DNA of 64,000 bases from Solobacterium sp. (lineage in GTDB: Bacteria; Bacillota_I; Bacilli_A; Erysipelotrichales; Erysipelotrichaceae), in contig JAFUCL010000103.1 in the NCBI GenBank assembly GCA_017459725.1, positions 67 to 64,066 on the forward strand, read 5' to 3'. The position numbers were made by a program, and so were the translations under genes. Within the stretch, counting starts at the first letter, position 1. Each line of letters opens with the position of its first letter. Below the pieces are notes generated by a model. The model was given only the letters and a program-made list of their open reading frames with translations, was not told the DNA's origin and made no database searches. Below are positions 26,563-39,103 of this stretch, one piece after another.

Positions 26563-28317
26563 TCAGTAATAGAACAGAATAATATAATTGTCTTCCCGCT
26601 GTGTATATGCGGTTCCGAATTCCGGATCACACTTGATGACAACCCCGCGGGCGAGATTTTCCTTTTCTTCTTCAGACAGTGAACTGTCGTCCAGGGGACT
26701 GGTGAATACACGGGCACCCATTTCAGTCAATGTACGCTCGGCATCCTCAATCGGCATCCACTCCAGCTCCCATGGAATCTCTATGGTCGGATATGCGACA
26801 TAAACAATACGCAGCTCGGTTTTGGCAGCCGGATTGAACTGTTCGCCGACTTCCAGCAGTTCCTGGCTGATGACCGTTCCCGGCTCTGCACCTTCTGCCT
26901 GCTGTTCCACCGTCTCCAGGATAATGTTGCTGTACTGCGGTTCGCTCAGCATCTGCTGCACTTCTTCAAGACTCTTGCCGATCAGATTCGGTGCAACTGC
27001 GTAAAGGCCGCTGGATACGGTAAGCTTCAGGGAAGAACCGCGTTCGATCTCCGTGCCTACGCCGGGTTCAACGGCAATGATCTTACCCTTTTCCGTGCTC
27101 TCGGTCAGCGTGTAACTGATATTGTGGCCGTCAATCACCAGATTGTTTTCATCACAGACTGTACTTGCCTCAGCCACGGTCAGTCCTATAATGTCAGGCA
27201 CCTCTACATGCCTGCTTTCCTCATTCATCTGCTGCAGTGTGCGCAGCGCAAAGTAAACTCCGGATGCCCCCAGGATAAACAGCAGGACGATCAGCAGGAT
27301 CGTCAGCGGTTTGATGCGGTTCTTCGTCTTCTTCTTTACGGCAGGCTGCACAACTTTGGAGTTGCTGGAGCGGATGATCGTTTCGACTTTCGGACTCGGT
27401 CCTCCCGTATCCGTAAGCACATGTTCCGGCAGTGTATCAAAGCCATGGTCTGTCGGCACCTGTCTGGCGGAAAGCACGACCCGCTTCTCATTGGCACGCT
27501 CCGGTCTCAGGCATGTGCTGAGGTCCTGGAGCATCTCCGTGCAGCTGCGGTAACGCATGGCCGGATCCTTTGCCGTAGCGCGTATAATCACATTCTCGAT
27601 CGACTGCGGCAGTTCAGGGTTGATGGAACGCACCGGGGGTATTTCATTGCGCATCTGCATCAGCGCAACCTGTACGGCCGAATCCGCCTTGAACGGAACA
27701 TCCCCTGTAAGCATCTCAAACAATACAATACCGAGCGCATAGATATCCGACTGCACGGAAGCAGATTCACCCTTGGCAAGCTCCGGAGCCAGGTAATGCA
27801 CGGAACCCATAACATTGTTGGCTTCCGTCAGCTGCATACTTCCTTTGGCAAGCGCAATACCGAAGTCCAGAATCTTGATGGAACCGTCTGCTTTGACGAT
27901 GACATTCTGGGGTTTGATATCACGGTGAATGATGCCTCTGCGGTGGGCTTCTCCGGTTGCGGATACAAGCTGTTTCTCAATGTCGATTGCTTCCGCGGTC
28001 AGTAAAGCTCCCCGGTCATGAATGACCTTCTTCAGGGTCTTTCCGGGAACATATTCCATGACGATATAGTGATGACCTTTGTAGTCGCCTACATCGTAGA
28101 TTTCCACAATATTGGGATGAGACAGGGTTGTGGCAGCCTGTGCCTCACGTTCAAAACGGAGCACGGACACCGCATCCGTACACAGTTCACTGCGCAGGAT
28201 CTTGATCGCTACCTGCCGGTTCAGGATCGTGTCGACCGCAAGAAAAACATCAGCCATGCCGCCCTGGCCGATATGCTGGAAGACTTCGTAGCGATTGGCA
28301 ATCATATTCTTGCTCAT
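26563..28317 (-). CDS. prkC: PASTA-domain Ser/Thr protein kinase
   Basis: GQGGMADV, HRDIKPQN, DFGIA, GSVHYLAPE; TM helix; PASTA-like VPDIIG / APNLIG repeats. Confidence 0.95.
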   Translation of the reverse strand: MSKNMIANRYEVFQHIGQGGMADVFLAVDTILNRQVAIKILRSELCTDAVSVLRFEREAQAATTLSHPNIVEIYDVGDYKGHHYIVMEYVPGKTLKKVIHDRGALLTAEAIDIEKQLVSATGEAHRRGIIHRDIKPQNVIVKADGSIKILDFGIALAKGSMQLTEANNVMGSVHYLAPELAKGESASVQSDIYALGIVLFEMLTGDVPFKADSAVQVALMQMRNEIPPVRSINPELPQSIENVIIRATAKDPAMRYRSCTEMLQDLSTCLRPERANEKRVVLSARQVPTDHGFDTLPEHVLTDTGGPSPKVETIIRSSNSKVVQPAVKKKTKNRIKPLTILLIVLLFILGASGVYFALRTLQQMNEESRHVEVPDIIGLTVAEASTVCDENNLVIDGHNISYTLTESTEKGKIIAVEPGVGTEIERGSSLKLTVSSGLYAVAPNLIGKSLEEVQQMLSEPQYSNIILETVEQQAEGAEPGTVISQELLEVGEQFNPAAKTELRIVYVAYPTIEIPWELEWMPIEDAERTLTEMGARVFTSPLDDSSLSEEEKENLARGVVIKCDPEFGTAYTQREDNYIILFYY

Positions 28318-29057
28318 ACAGCACTGTCCTCCAGATCAATCAGGATTACGGTGACATTGTCATATCCGCCGGCATCAAGAGCAGCCTCAATAAGCTTTCT
28401 TGTGCGTCTTGCCGGATCGGTCTTTGTGTTCAGCACAATACCCGCAATCACATCTTCATCCACATATCCGTGCAGACCGTCACTGCAGATCAGGAAACCG
28501 TCATTCTTCTCATTGAAAGTCTCAATATCGCAGCGCACCGTCTCCCATACACCGAGAGCATTGGTCAGCACATTCTTCTGCGGATAGTTCTCCGCTTCTT
28601 CCTTGGTGATCTCACCGTGCAGCAGCATATCATTGACCAGCGAATGATCCCTGGTGATCTGACGGAAGCCGCTCCGGTGGGAATATGTATAGCAGCGGCT
28701 GTCACCGATGTTCACAATGAAAGTACCGACGGATGTAATAAGAACACCGCAAAGCGTCGTACCCATTCCCTTCAGGGAAGGACGTTCGTTGCCGGCATCA
28801 AAGATAACCCGGTTGACTTCGCTTACTCTCGTCCTGATCCAGTTCTTCAGAGCATACTGATCGGCAAATGCACCGGTTGCGGCAAAAGCAACGGAAAAAC
28901 GGGATACCGCCATCTGACTGGCAACGTCTCCCCCTCTTCCTCCGCCGATACCGTCACAGATCAGCGCAAAAACATCGCCGTTTTCATTAGTGGCGATTAC
29001 ATAGCTGTCCTGATTGGTGCGGCGGATACCGCGGTCAGTGCCTCCGAAATACTTCAT
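28314..29057 (-). CDS. prpC: PP2C-family Ser/Thr phosphatase
   Basis: RRTNQDS, CDGIGG, GMGTT, NIGDSR, CSDGL, GGYDNVT. Confidence 0.95.
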   Translation of the reverse strand: MKYFGGTDRGIRRTNQDSYVIATNENGDVFALICDGIGGGRGGDVASQMAVSRFSVAFAATGAFADQYALKNWIRTRVSEVNRVIFDAGNERPSLKGMGTTLCGVLITSVGTFIVNIGDSRCYTYSHRSGFRQITRDHSLVNDMLLHGEITKEEAENYPQKNVLTNALGVWETVRCDIETFNEKNDGFLICSDGLHGYVDEDVIAGIVLNTKTDPARRTRKLIEAALDAGGYDNVTVILIDLEDSAV

Positions 29058-30106
29058 GAATCGTTTCTGTTCCTTTCGTGCCTTGCCCGAAGCTGTCCGC
29101 AGGCCGCATCAATATCATCACCGTGCTTGCTGCGCAGCGTAGCCTTGACACCGTGTTTCATCAGCACATCATAAAAACGAAGTGCCGTGCGTTCATCCGT
29201 GGATCCGTAACCGTTCTCATCCACCTGGTTGTACGGAATCAGATTGACATACGCATTCATGCCTCTGATGAGATCCGCCAGCTGAACGGCATGTCCGTCG
29301 GAATCATTGACACCCTTCAGCAGAATATACTCAAATGTCAGCCTGCGGTGATTGCCTTCACTGTATCGTTTCAGCGCATTCATCAGCACCGGAATCGGAT
29401 ATGCATGGTTGACCGGCATCAGCCTGTCACGAAGCTCATCACTCGGCGCATGCAGGGAAATGGCAAGGTTATACTGCAGATGCTCATCCGCAAAATCGTT
29501 GATCCGCGGCACAATACCGCAGGTAGAAATCGTAATGTGTCTTGCACCGATGGCCAGACCATGATCGGAATTGACGGTCCTGCAGAAAAGCATAACGTTG
29601 TCGTAATTATCAAACGGTTCACCCGTTCCCATGATTACGATGTTATCAACACGGCTGCCTTCCGCATCCAGTTCCTTCTGTATGTACATGATTTCACCGA
29701 CCATCTCGCCGCCGGTCAGATCACGCTGTTTTTTCAGCAGTCCGGACGCACAGAACGTGCAGCCCATGTTGCAGCCGACCTGCGAGGAAACACATACGCT
29801 CTTGCCGAAGTTGAAATGCATCAGCACCGTCTCAATCGTACTGCCGTCGGACAATTCGAAAAGATACTTTGCGGTCTTGTCCCTGGCAACCTGCTTCTCA
29901 ACCAATGTTACAGGCATGATCACAAACGTTTCCTTCAGCACTGCAATCAATGAAGCCGGAAGATCCGTCATTTCATCAAAGCCCAGTACACGCTTGCGGT
30001 AAAGCCAGCTGTAAATCTGTTTAGCCCTGTATGTTTTCTCCCCGTGTTCCTTCAGCCAGGCTTCAAGTCCCTGAAGATCGAGGTCATATATCGTCTGCAT
30101 GTCCAT
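29054..30106 (-). CDS. rlmN: Dual-specificity 23S rRNA m2A2503 methyltransferase (radical SAM)
   Basis: CVSSQVGCNMGCTFCASG, MGTGEP, DIDAACGQL; alternative start at 30100. Confidence 0.97.
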   Translation of the reverse strand: MDMQTIYDLDLQGLEAWLKEHGEKTYRAKQIYSWLYRKRVLGFDEMTDLPASLIAVLKETFVIMPVTLVEKQVARDKTAKYLFELSDGSTIETVLMHFNFGKSVCVSSQVGCNMGCTFCASGLLKKQRDLTGGEMVGEIMYIQKELDAEGSRVDNIVIMGTGEPFDNYDNVMLFCRTVNSDHGLAIGARHITISTCGIVPRINDFADEHLQYNLAISLHAPSDELRDRLMPVNHAYPIPVLMNALKRYSEGNHRRLTFEYILLKGVNDSDGHAVQLADLIRGMNAYVNLIPYNQVDENGYGSTDERTALRFYDVLMKHGVKATLRSKHGDDIDAACGQLRARHERNRNDS

Positions 30107-30113
30107 TATTCTA

Positions 30114-31345
30114 TCACGAATTTCCCTTTTTTCTCATCACTGCCGCATAGAACCCGTCACTGCGGTTTTCCATCGGCATATACGTCTTCTCACTGATCAG
30201 TTCAAATTCCGGATGACGGTCAATGAAAAGCGCCGTCTGGTATTCATTTTCCTTCCGGTTCAGCGTGCACGTGCTGTAGACCAGGATCCCGTCCGGTTTC
30301 AGATATCCGCAGGAAGTATCCAGAATCTGTTTTTGAACATTGGCAATGGCGTTCAGGTCCTCCGGTTTTACATGAAAACGGATTTCCGGTTTGTGGCGCA
30401 GATCACCCAGGCCGCTGCACGGTGCATCAATCAGTATACGGTCAAACGAGTTATCCGCAAAGTCTTTCTGTCTGATACAGGCATCTCCCGTTTTCACTTT
30501 GACAATATCCACCCCGGTGCGTGCCATCAGCGGCGGTATCAGAGCCGCCCTCTCCGGATAAATATCCATGGCTGTTATCTCACCGCAGTTTTCCATCAGC
30601 ATCGCGATTTCCTGTGTTTTCGTGCCGGGTGCCGCACAGACATCCAATACCTTCATGCCAGGACGCAGATTCAGAAGCACCGGGATCAAAGCAGAAGATA
30701 CATCCTGAACAACTGCTTTGCCTTCCCGGAACCAGTCCGTATCCGTCAGGACACCGTCATAGGTGAAGGAAAGATCGTTCACAAAAACTGCCCCGTCTGC
30801 CTCCAGCTGTGCACGGTCTGTCTTCAGTGTATTGATACGTCCGTATACAAAGGCTCTGGTCTGGTTGAATTCAGCAATCGCAACAGCGGTATCTTCCCCG
30901 TAATGCGCCTTCCAGAGCTTTAACAGCCACAGCGGATGGCTTGTCATCAGAGCACATCTTTCCAGTCTGTCCGTGACTTCTGCTTCCCGGACACCGCGTC
31001 TTTGGACATTGCGCAGGATGGCATTCACAAAGCCCTTGTCATGCTTGCCGCAAAGCCGTACAGCTTCATCCACCGCCGCATAGGCAGGTATCCTGTCCAG
31101 AAACAGCAGCTGATACACCGTCATATCCAGCAGTGCGCTGATGCGTGATGAGGGTTTCTTTTTCACCAGATCATTCCACTGGTATTCAAGCCAGGTCAGA
31201 TTGCGCAGTGTACCGTACACCAGTTCACTGACCAGACCCATATCCTCACGGCTGAGGTCTTTGTCAGGCCGGCGCATGGCAAGAGACGCATATGCATCAT
31301 GGTATATGACCTGTTCCAGCACCTGAAGTGCATAACTGCGCGCGC

Positions 31346-31349
<4 letters not shown>
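30114..31349 (-). CDS. rsmB: 16S rRNA m5C967 methyltransferase (Sun)
   Basis: NusB-like N-terminus, DVCAAPGTKT, DAPCSGLG, YSTCT. Confidence 0.95.
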
Positions 31350-33508
<2,159 letters not shown>

Positions 33509-33527
33509 ACAGCCTCCATCCTGATAT

Positions 33528-33551
33528 AAATAAAGCCACAGAATCTGTGGC
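33528..33551 (-). terminator. Hairpin plus U-tract after tRNA-Val
   Basis: GCCACAG-ATT-CTGTGGC followed by TTTATTT. Confidence 0.6.
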
Positions 33552-33562
33552 CTGATATGCAC

Positions 33563-33638
33563 TGGTGAAGGCTACAGGGCTCGAACCTGCGACTTCATCC
33601 CTGTGAAGGATGCGCTCTCCCAACTGAGCTAAGCCTTC
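33563..33638 (-). tRNA. tRNA-Val, anticodon CAC
   Basis: 76-nt cloverleaf: acceptor GAAGGCT/AGCCTTC, D arm GCTC/GAGC, anticodon stem CATCC/GGATG with loop TTCACAG, T loop TTCGAGC, A73 and encoded CCA. Confidence 0.96.
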
Positions 33639-34200
33639 CTGTGGTAACTATTGTAGCACTTTTCTCACCCATGCGCTCACAAATCGTCATGATCCCGTCA
33701 AGATCGACATCCCACGGATCAGTGTCTATACTGTCCACTTCCTGGCACGGATATGCATAGCCGATTTTCAATGCCGCATCATTGAGCACGGAATCATAGA
33801 ATCCCCGCCCGTAGCCGGTGCGGTGACCTGCTTTGTCAAAAGCACTCAGCGGCACGATCATCACATCAATGTCCGCCACTGCCATCCGGTCTTTGTCTTC
33901 CGGCTCATCGATTCCGAACGAAGACTTAACAAGTCCCTCCAGTGTTGTAATCCGGTGGAAGGTCAGTGTTTTACCGCAAACCCTGGGTATACAGACGCAT
34001 TTGCCGCAGTCCAGGAGCTTCTGTATCAGCTGACGGGTATCCGCCTCATCCCGGGCAGATACGTAGATACCGACCGTATGGTACGGCGCAAGAAAATGAA
34101 AAGCCCCGGAACAGAGCAGCGCATCTGCTTCCGCTCTCTGCTCCGGAGTCATGTTTCTTCTTGCCTTCAGCCCGGTTTTACGGGCCGCGGTCTTATCCAA
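33595..34200 (-). CDS. 5-formyltetrahydrofolate cyclo-ligase
   Basis: [29 protein letters not shown]; the ORF runs 44 nt into the tRNA. Confidence 0.88.
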   Translation of the reverse strand: MDKTAARKTGLKARRNMTPEQRAEADALLCSGAFHFLAPYHTVGIYVSARDEADTRQLIQKLLDCGKCVCIPRVCGKTLTFHRITTLEGLVKSSFGIDEPEDKDRMAVADIDVMIVPLSAFDKAGHRTGYGRGFYDSVLNDAALKIGYAYPCQEVDSIDTDPWDVDLDGIMTICERMGEKSATIVTTGRLSSVGRAHPSQG

Positions 34201-35608
34201 CGGATCCGCTCATATCCAGCTTCAGCAGCTGGTTGAGCTCTACGGCATATTCCATCGGCAGTTCTCTTGTGAACGGCTCCAGGAAGCCCATAACGATCAT
34301 CTCCGTAGCCTGTGCCTCGGTCAGTCCGCGGCTCATCAGATAGAAGAGTTCTTCCTCACTGATCTTGGATACGGTTGCTTCATGTTCGATTGTCGAAGTG
34401 TTGCTGCGGCTGATATTGGTCGGAATCGTATCGCTTCTGCTCTGCTGATCAAGAATCAGCGTATCGCACTCAACCTTGGATTTCGCAAATTCAGCTTTGG
34501 GTCCGTGCATGACCTGACCGCGGTAATTGGCGGTTCCGCCTGCTCTCGATACTGATTTGGAAACAATGGAAGATGAAGTATGCGGAGCGAGATGAATCAT
34601 CTTTGCGCCGGTATCCTGGATCTGATTACTGGATGCGACCGCAACGGAGATCGTCATGCCGCGGGCATATTCACCGTTGAGGATGCAGGCCGGATACTTC
34701 ATGGAAATATGGGAACCGACGTTGCCGTCAATCCATTCCATGGCGCCGTATGCTTCGACCTTTGCTCTCTTGGTCGTCAGGTTCAGAATATTCTTGGACC
34801 AGTTCTGCACTGTTGAATATCTCGCCTTGCCGCCCTTCTCCACGAAGATTTCGACAACGGCAGCGTGCAGGGAATCCTTTGAATAAATCGGAGCCGTGCA
34901 GCCTTCCACATAATGCAGATCAGCGCCTTCATCCACAATGATCAGTGTGCGTTCAAACTGACCCATGCTTTCGGAATTGATTCTGAAATAAGACTGCAGC
35001 GGTTTGTCCAGTGTCACTCCGGGCGGAACATAGATAAAGCTGCCGCCGGACCATACTGCACCGTTCAGCGCCGCAAACTTATTGTCAGAGGGAGGAACGA
35101 TGGTTCCGAAGTATTTCCGGAACAGATCGGGACAGTGCTTCAGGGCAGTATCCGTATCAAGGAAAATAACACCCTTCTGCTGCACTTCATCCAGCATGTT
35201 GTGGTAAACAACTTCAGACTCATACTGTGTGGATACACCGGCCAGGAACTTCTTCTCTGCTTCCGGAATACCGAGTCTGTCGAAGGTGTCCTTGATGGTT
35301 TCGGGAACTTCCTCCCAGCTTTTGCCCTGCTTCTTGTCACTGGGCTTTATGTAGTAGGTATAATCACTGAAATCGATAAAGGAAAGATCCGGTCCCCAGG
35401 CAGGCATCGGCATCTTCTCAAAGATATGAAATGAATTGACTCTGTATTCGGTCATCCATTCCGGCTCTTCCTTGATCCGGGAGATTTCCCGTACGATTTC
35501 CTCCGTAAGACCTTTGCCGGTGTTATATACGGATACATCCTCGTCACGGAAGCCGTACTGGTAATCATCCTGTGAGGTGATTACGCTCTGATCGTCTCTC
35601 TCACTCAT
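34193..35608 (-). CDS. sufB: Fe-S cluster assembly protein SufB
   Basis: [36 protein letters not shown]. Confidence 0.97.
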   Translation of the reverse strand: MSERDDQSVITSQDDYQYGFRDEDVSVYNTGKGLTEEIVREISRIKEEPEWMTEYRVNSFHIFEKMPMPAWGPDLSFIDFSDYTYYIKPSDKKQGKSWEEVPETIKDTFDRLGIPEAEKKFLAGVSTQYESEVVYHNMLDEVQQKGVIFLDTDTALKHCPDLFRKYFGTIVPPSDNKFAALNGAVWSGGSFIYVPPGVTLDKPLQSYFRINSESMGQFERTLIIVDEGADLHYVEGCTAPIYSKDSLHAAVVEIFVEKGGKARYSTVQNWSKNILNLTTKRAKVEAYGAMEWIDGNVGSHISMKYPACILNGEYARGMTISVAVASSNQIQDTGAKMIHLAPHTSSSIVSKSVSRAGGTANYRGQVMHGPKAEFAKSKVECDTLILDQQSRSDTIPTNISRSNTSTIEHEATVSKISEEELFYLMSRGLTEAQATEMIVMGFLEPFTRELPMEYAVELNQLLKLDMSGSVG

Positions 35609-36057
35609 GCGGCCTCCTCACTTTCCGACATCAGCTGTTTGATTGCGTTCCAGCCGATTGTTGCGCATTTGATCCGGTTGGCCTGCTTATACACGTTTTT
35701 CATGGCAACCGCTTCACCGAGCAGATCATCGTCATATTCCTTACCGTCGATCATGCTGAAATAGTTGTCGACAATCTCCCTGGCTTCAGCCAGTGTCTTG
35801 CCGGCCAGAAGATCCGTCATAATGCTTGTGCTGGCGGTGCTGATCGTGCATGCAACACCGTCAAAACGGATATCATCAATGACACCGTCAGTGATCTTTG
35901 CCTGGACAGTAATATCATCAATGCAGCTTTCACTGGACATATGTCTGGAAAGATATCTGCCGTCCTTGACCAGGGCGTGGTTATGCGGATACTGGTAATG
36001 ATCCATAATCAGCTCACGGAGAATCTCCGGATTGCTGAGCAGACTTTTATCGTCCAT
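35605..36057 (-). CDS. sufU: SUF system SufU (zinc sulfurtransferase)
   Basis: ELIMDHY, Cx[10 protein letters not shown] and RIKCA ligands. Confidence 0.92.
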   Translation of the reverse strand: MDDKSLLSNPEILRELIMDHYQYPHNHALVKDGRYLSRHMSSESCIDDITVQAKITDGVIDDIRFDGVACTISTASTSIMTDLLAGKTLAEAREIVDNYFSMIDGKEYDDDLLGEAVAMKNVYKQANRIKCATIGWNAIKQLMSESEEAA

Positions 36058-36071
36058 CGGTAGGCACCTCC

Positions 36072-37292
36072 TTAAAAGAATATGCCGATGGCATTCTCAA
36101 TGGAAATGCCCTTCATCGCTTCAATGCAGCGGTCGGCTTCTTCTTTTGTATTGTAGAAATACAGGGAAGCACGGATCGTCTGATCGGTCCCTATGATTTC
36201 ATGCAGAATCTTCGCACAATGATTGCCGGAACGCACAGCTATGCCCTGGGAAGCCAGATAGCCTGCCGCATCCTGCGCAAATACCCCTTTGCCGTTGAAG
36301 GCAAGCGGGCCTGTCTCATTGTCCGGGTTGTAGATTTCAATGTTTTCCAGTTCCTTTGCCTTGCTTACAAAATATGCACGCAGGGAACGTTCGTATTCTT
36401 CAATATTGTCCATCCCGATGCTCATCAGGTATTTCGCTGCCACACCGAGACCGATCACACCTTCGATATTCGGTGTACCGGCTTCAAACTTTTCCGGCGC
36501 ATGTTTCAGGGTGACTTCACCGCAGGCATTGAAGCGGGCATTCATGCCCCCGCCAAGCAGCAGCGGATCCATCTGTTCCAGTAACTCATGCTTGCCGTAT
36601 AAAACGCCGACACCGTCCGGTCCGCACATTTTATGTGAAGAGAACGCCAGCAGATCAACATCCAGGTCTTTGACATCCGTTTTACGGTGCGGAACACTCT
36701 GTGCCCCGTCCACTACGATCAAAGCACCGTATTCATGGGCAAGCGCTGCCAGTTCCTTCACCGGCTGCACGGTTCCCAGAACGTTGCTGACATGCGCAAC
36801 AGAGATCACCTTGACGCCGTCATGCATTGCCTTGCGGGCATCATCCATGCTGATCAGTCCCACCGCATCGGTCGGAATATATTCAATCTTTACATTCCGC
36901 TCTTCCGCAAGCCGGTACCACGGCAGCAGATTGCTCGCATGTTCCGCTTCGGTTGTCAGCACCGTACCGCCGTCTTTCAGAACCGTACGGGAAAGACCGT
37001 AAACGATCTGATTCAGGGATGCCGTATCATTTGCCGTGAATACAACTTCATCCGGACGGCAGTTCAGGAATTCCCCAATGATATCACGGGTGCCGTCATA
37101 GAGTTTATCTGCTTCCGCCGAAAGTGCATAATCACCGCGGTGCACGTTTGAGGTTCCGTACTCATAGAAATGCACAACTGCATCGATTACAGCCTGCGGT
37201 TTGAAGGTGGTGGCTCCGTTGTCAAAATAGACAAGTTCCGGATGGTTGCGTATCATCGGAAAATCGGCTCTAATCTTTTCTACATCGAGCAT
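36072..37292 (-). CDS. sufS: Cysteine desulfurase SufS
   Basis: YFDNGATT, VHRG, SSHKMCGP (PLP Lys), RSGNHCA. Confidence 0.95.
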   Translation of the reverse strand: MLDVEKIRADFPMIRNHPELVYFDNGATTFKPQAVIDAVVHFYEYGTSNVHRGDYALSAEADKLYDGTRDIIGEFLNCRPDEVVFTANDTASLNQIVYGLSRTVLKDGGTVLTTEAEHASNLLPWYRLAEERNVKIEYIPTDAVGLISMDDARKAMHDGVKVISVAHVSNVLGTVQPVKELAALAHEYGALIVVDGAQSVPHRKTDVKDLDVDLLAFSSHKMCGPDGVGVLYGKHELLEQMDPLLLGGGMNARFNACGEVTLKHAPEKFEAGTPNIEGVIGLGVAAKYLMSIGMDNIEEYERSLRAYFVSKAKELENIEIYNPDNETGPLAFNGKGVFAQDAAGYLASQGIAVRSGNHCAKILHEIIGTDQTIRASLYFYNTKEEADRCIEAMKGISIENAIGIFF

Positions 37293-38086
37293 AGTTCACT
37301 GATTTTCCTTTCCAGTTCTTCTTTGAGTTCATCACGCAGCTGCGGGTTATCAATGACCTGTGTAACCGGCATCAGATATCCGGTACTGATCAGAGCCGTG
37401 CACTGCTTGGGTGTCAGTCCTCTTGACTGCATGTAATACAGCTGGTCTTCATCCACACGTCCGAGACTCGTCGCATGGCTGGCCTGCACATCATTCTCAT
37501 CAATCAGCAGGATTGGCAGGATCTCGCTTGTCATGCCTTCATCGAAGCAGAGTGCCCGGCTGGTCTGATGACTCTCGGAACGGACTGCTCCTTTGACAAT
37601 TTCACCGGTGGCATGCATGACATACCGTCCGCCCTTCAGCACAACGCTGTAGTTCTGCATTCTGCCGTCTGTATGCGGTGCCAGTGAAGCTACCCGCACA
37701 TTGAATTCCTTGCGCACACCGGTAAGAACCGCACTGCTGAGAACTGCAGATGCGCCGGTCTCCGCCAGCTCAATATCGGTATTTCTCTCTGTATCAGCCT
37801 GCTCGACTTCCGCGTATGCAACCTTCAATGCCGCATCCCGCTTGACCGTGTACTTTTCAGACGCATGCATCTTGTCTGTATTCCCGTTCCAGAACAGCAC
37901 CGTCATCTGCGCACCTTCACCGGCTTCCGCAGTAACGGTCAGTTCAGGACAGTTCAGAATACGGATGAATGCATCGCTGTGTCCCGTACCGGTAAGCTTC
38001 AGCTTCAGCGGCTTCTCCGAGTCGATTTCATAGGAAGCATACCCTTCGCCAAGACTGATCTCCGTACTTTCCCTGATCAGTGTCAT
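37280..38086 (-). CDS. sufD: Fe-S cluster assembly protein SufD (short form)
   Basis: PILLIDENDVQASHATSLG, LYYMQSRGL; position in suf operon. Confidence 0.88.
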   Translation of the reverse strand: MTLIRESTEISLGEGYASYEIDSEKPLKLKLTGTGHSDAFIRILNCPELTVTAEAGEGAQMTVLFWNGNTDKMHASEKYTVKRDAALKVAYAEVEQADTERNTDIELAETGASAVLSSAVLTGVRKEFNVRVASLAPHTDGRMQNYSVVLKGGRYVMHATGEIVKGAVRSESHQTSRALCFDEGMTSEILPILLIDENDVQASHATSLGRVDEDQLYYMQSRGLTPKQCTALISTGYLMPVTQVIDNPQLRDELKEELERKISELCSM

Positions 38087-38922
38087 CTGTTGTCATCCTT
38101 CCGCATCTGCGCACCTACGGCACAGCTGCCCAGACTGATCACCGGTCTCTTTTCCTCTGCTTCCGCAGCCGGTGCAACACCGTATTCCTTATAAATCCAG
38201 TCGTAACCGTCCGTATCGATCTTACGGGCAAGCTCCGCATCGCCTTCCAGCACAACACGGCCGTCCACGATAACATGAGTGAACTGCGGTTCAATCAGTT
38301 CATAGAAACGCTCATAGTGCGATACAACGACAAGGCTCATACCGGTTTCTTTATGCAGATCGTTGATGGCATTGGCAACGATACGCAGCGCATCGACATC
38401 AAGTCCGGAGTCGATCTCATCAAGCATAGCAAGAGTCGGCCGCAGCATCTTCATCTGCACGATCTCATTGCGCTTCTTTTCACCGCCGGAAAAACCTTCA
38501 TTCAGGAATCTGTGAGCCAGGTCTTCCTTCATCTCCAGCGCACTGATTGTCTTTTCCATTTCTTTAATAAACGTAAACAGCGATACCGGCTTGTCACGTC
38601 TTGCATTCATGGCAGCTCTCAGGAAATCACTGTTGGTCACACCCGGAATTTCCTGCGGATACTGCATGGCAAGAAACAGACCTGCACGGCTGCGCGCATC
38701 TACAGTCATCTCCAGCACATTCTGGCCGTCATAAAAGACAGACCCTTCCGTCACTTCGTACTTCGGATGTCCCATTACCGCACCGAGCAGTGTGGACTTA
38801 CCGTTGCCGTTGGGGCCCATCAATGCATGTACTTCATTTTCGTTGACGGTCAGATCAACGCCTCTCAATATTTCTTTTCCTTCCACGGACACATGGAGGT
38901 TTTTGATTTCCAATGTTCTCAT
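38083..38922 (-). CDS. sufC: Fe-S cluster assembly ATPase SufC
   Basis: GPNGNGKST, LAMQYP, FSGGEKKRNEI, LDEIDSGLD. Confidence 0.97.
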   Translation of the reverse strand: MRTLEIKNLHVSVEGKEILRGVDLTVNENEVHALMGPNGNGKSTLLGAVMGHPKYEVTEGSVFYDGQNVLEMTVDARSRAGLFLAMQYPQEIPGVTNSDFLRAAMNARRDKPVSLFTFIKEMEKTISALEMKEDLAHRFLNEGFSGGEKKRNEIVQMKMLRPTLAMLDEIDSGLDVDALRIVANAINDLHKETGMSLVVVSHYERFYELIEPQFTHVIVDGRVVLEGDAELARKIDTDGYDWIYKEYGVAPAAEAEEKRPVISLGSCAVGAQMRKDDNR

Positions 38923-39049
38923 ATCCTGTTCACCTCTTGAGCATTATAGCACACCGGCATTTATCCTCTACCTATTTTGTCATTTTACACAAACAAAGAG
39001 CATGTCTGCAAAATTCAGATAAAATTCAGTTTCTTTTGTTTGCGGAAAA

Positions 39050-39078
39050 TTGCAAATGAAAGAACGCTATCATATAAT
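39050..39078 (+). promoter_or_regulatory. Sigma-A promoter for the PrsA-like pair
   Basis: TTGCAA-17 bp-TATAAT, followed by AAGGAGG RBS. Confidence 0.75.
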
Positions 39079-39103
39079 GAATAAGCGTTTTTAAGGAGGC
39101 ACT

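Noticed and set aside
30711-30725. Partial match (TCCTGAACA) to the predicted TnpB guide inside rsmB
   Set aside because: Only 9 nt and no candidate TAM next to it; expected by chance
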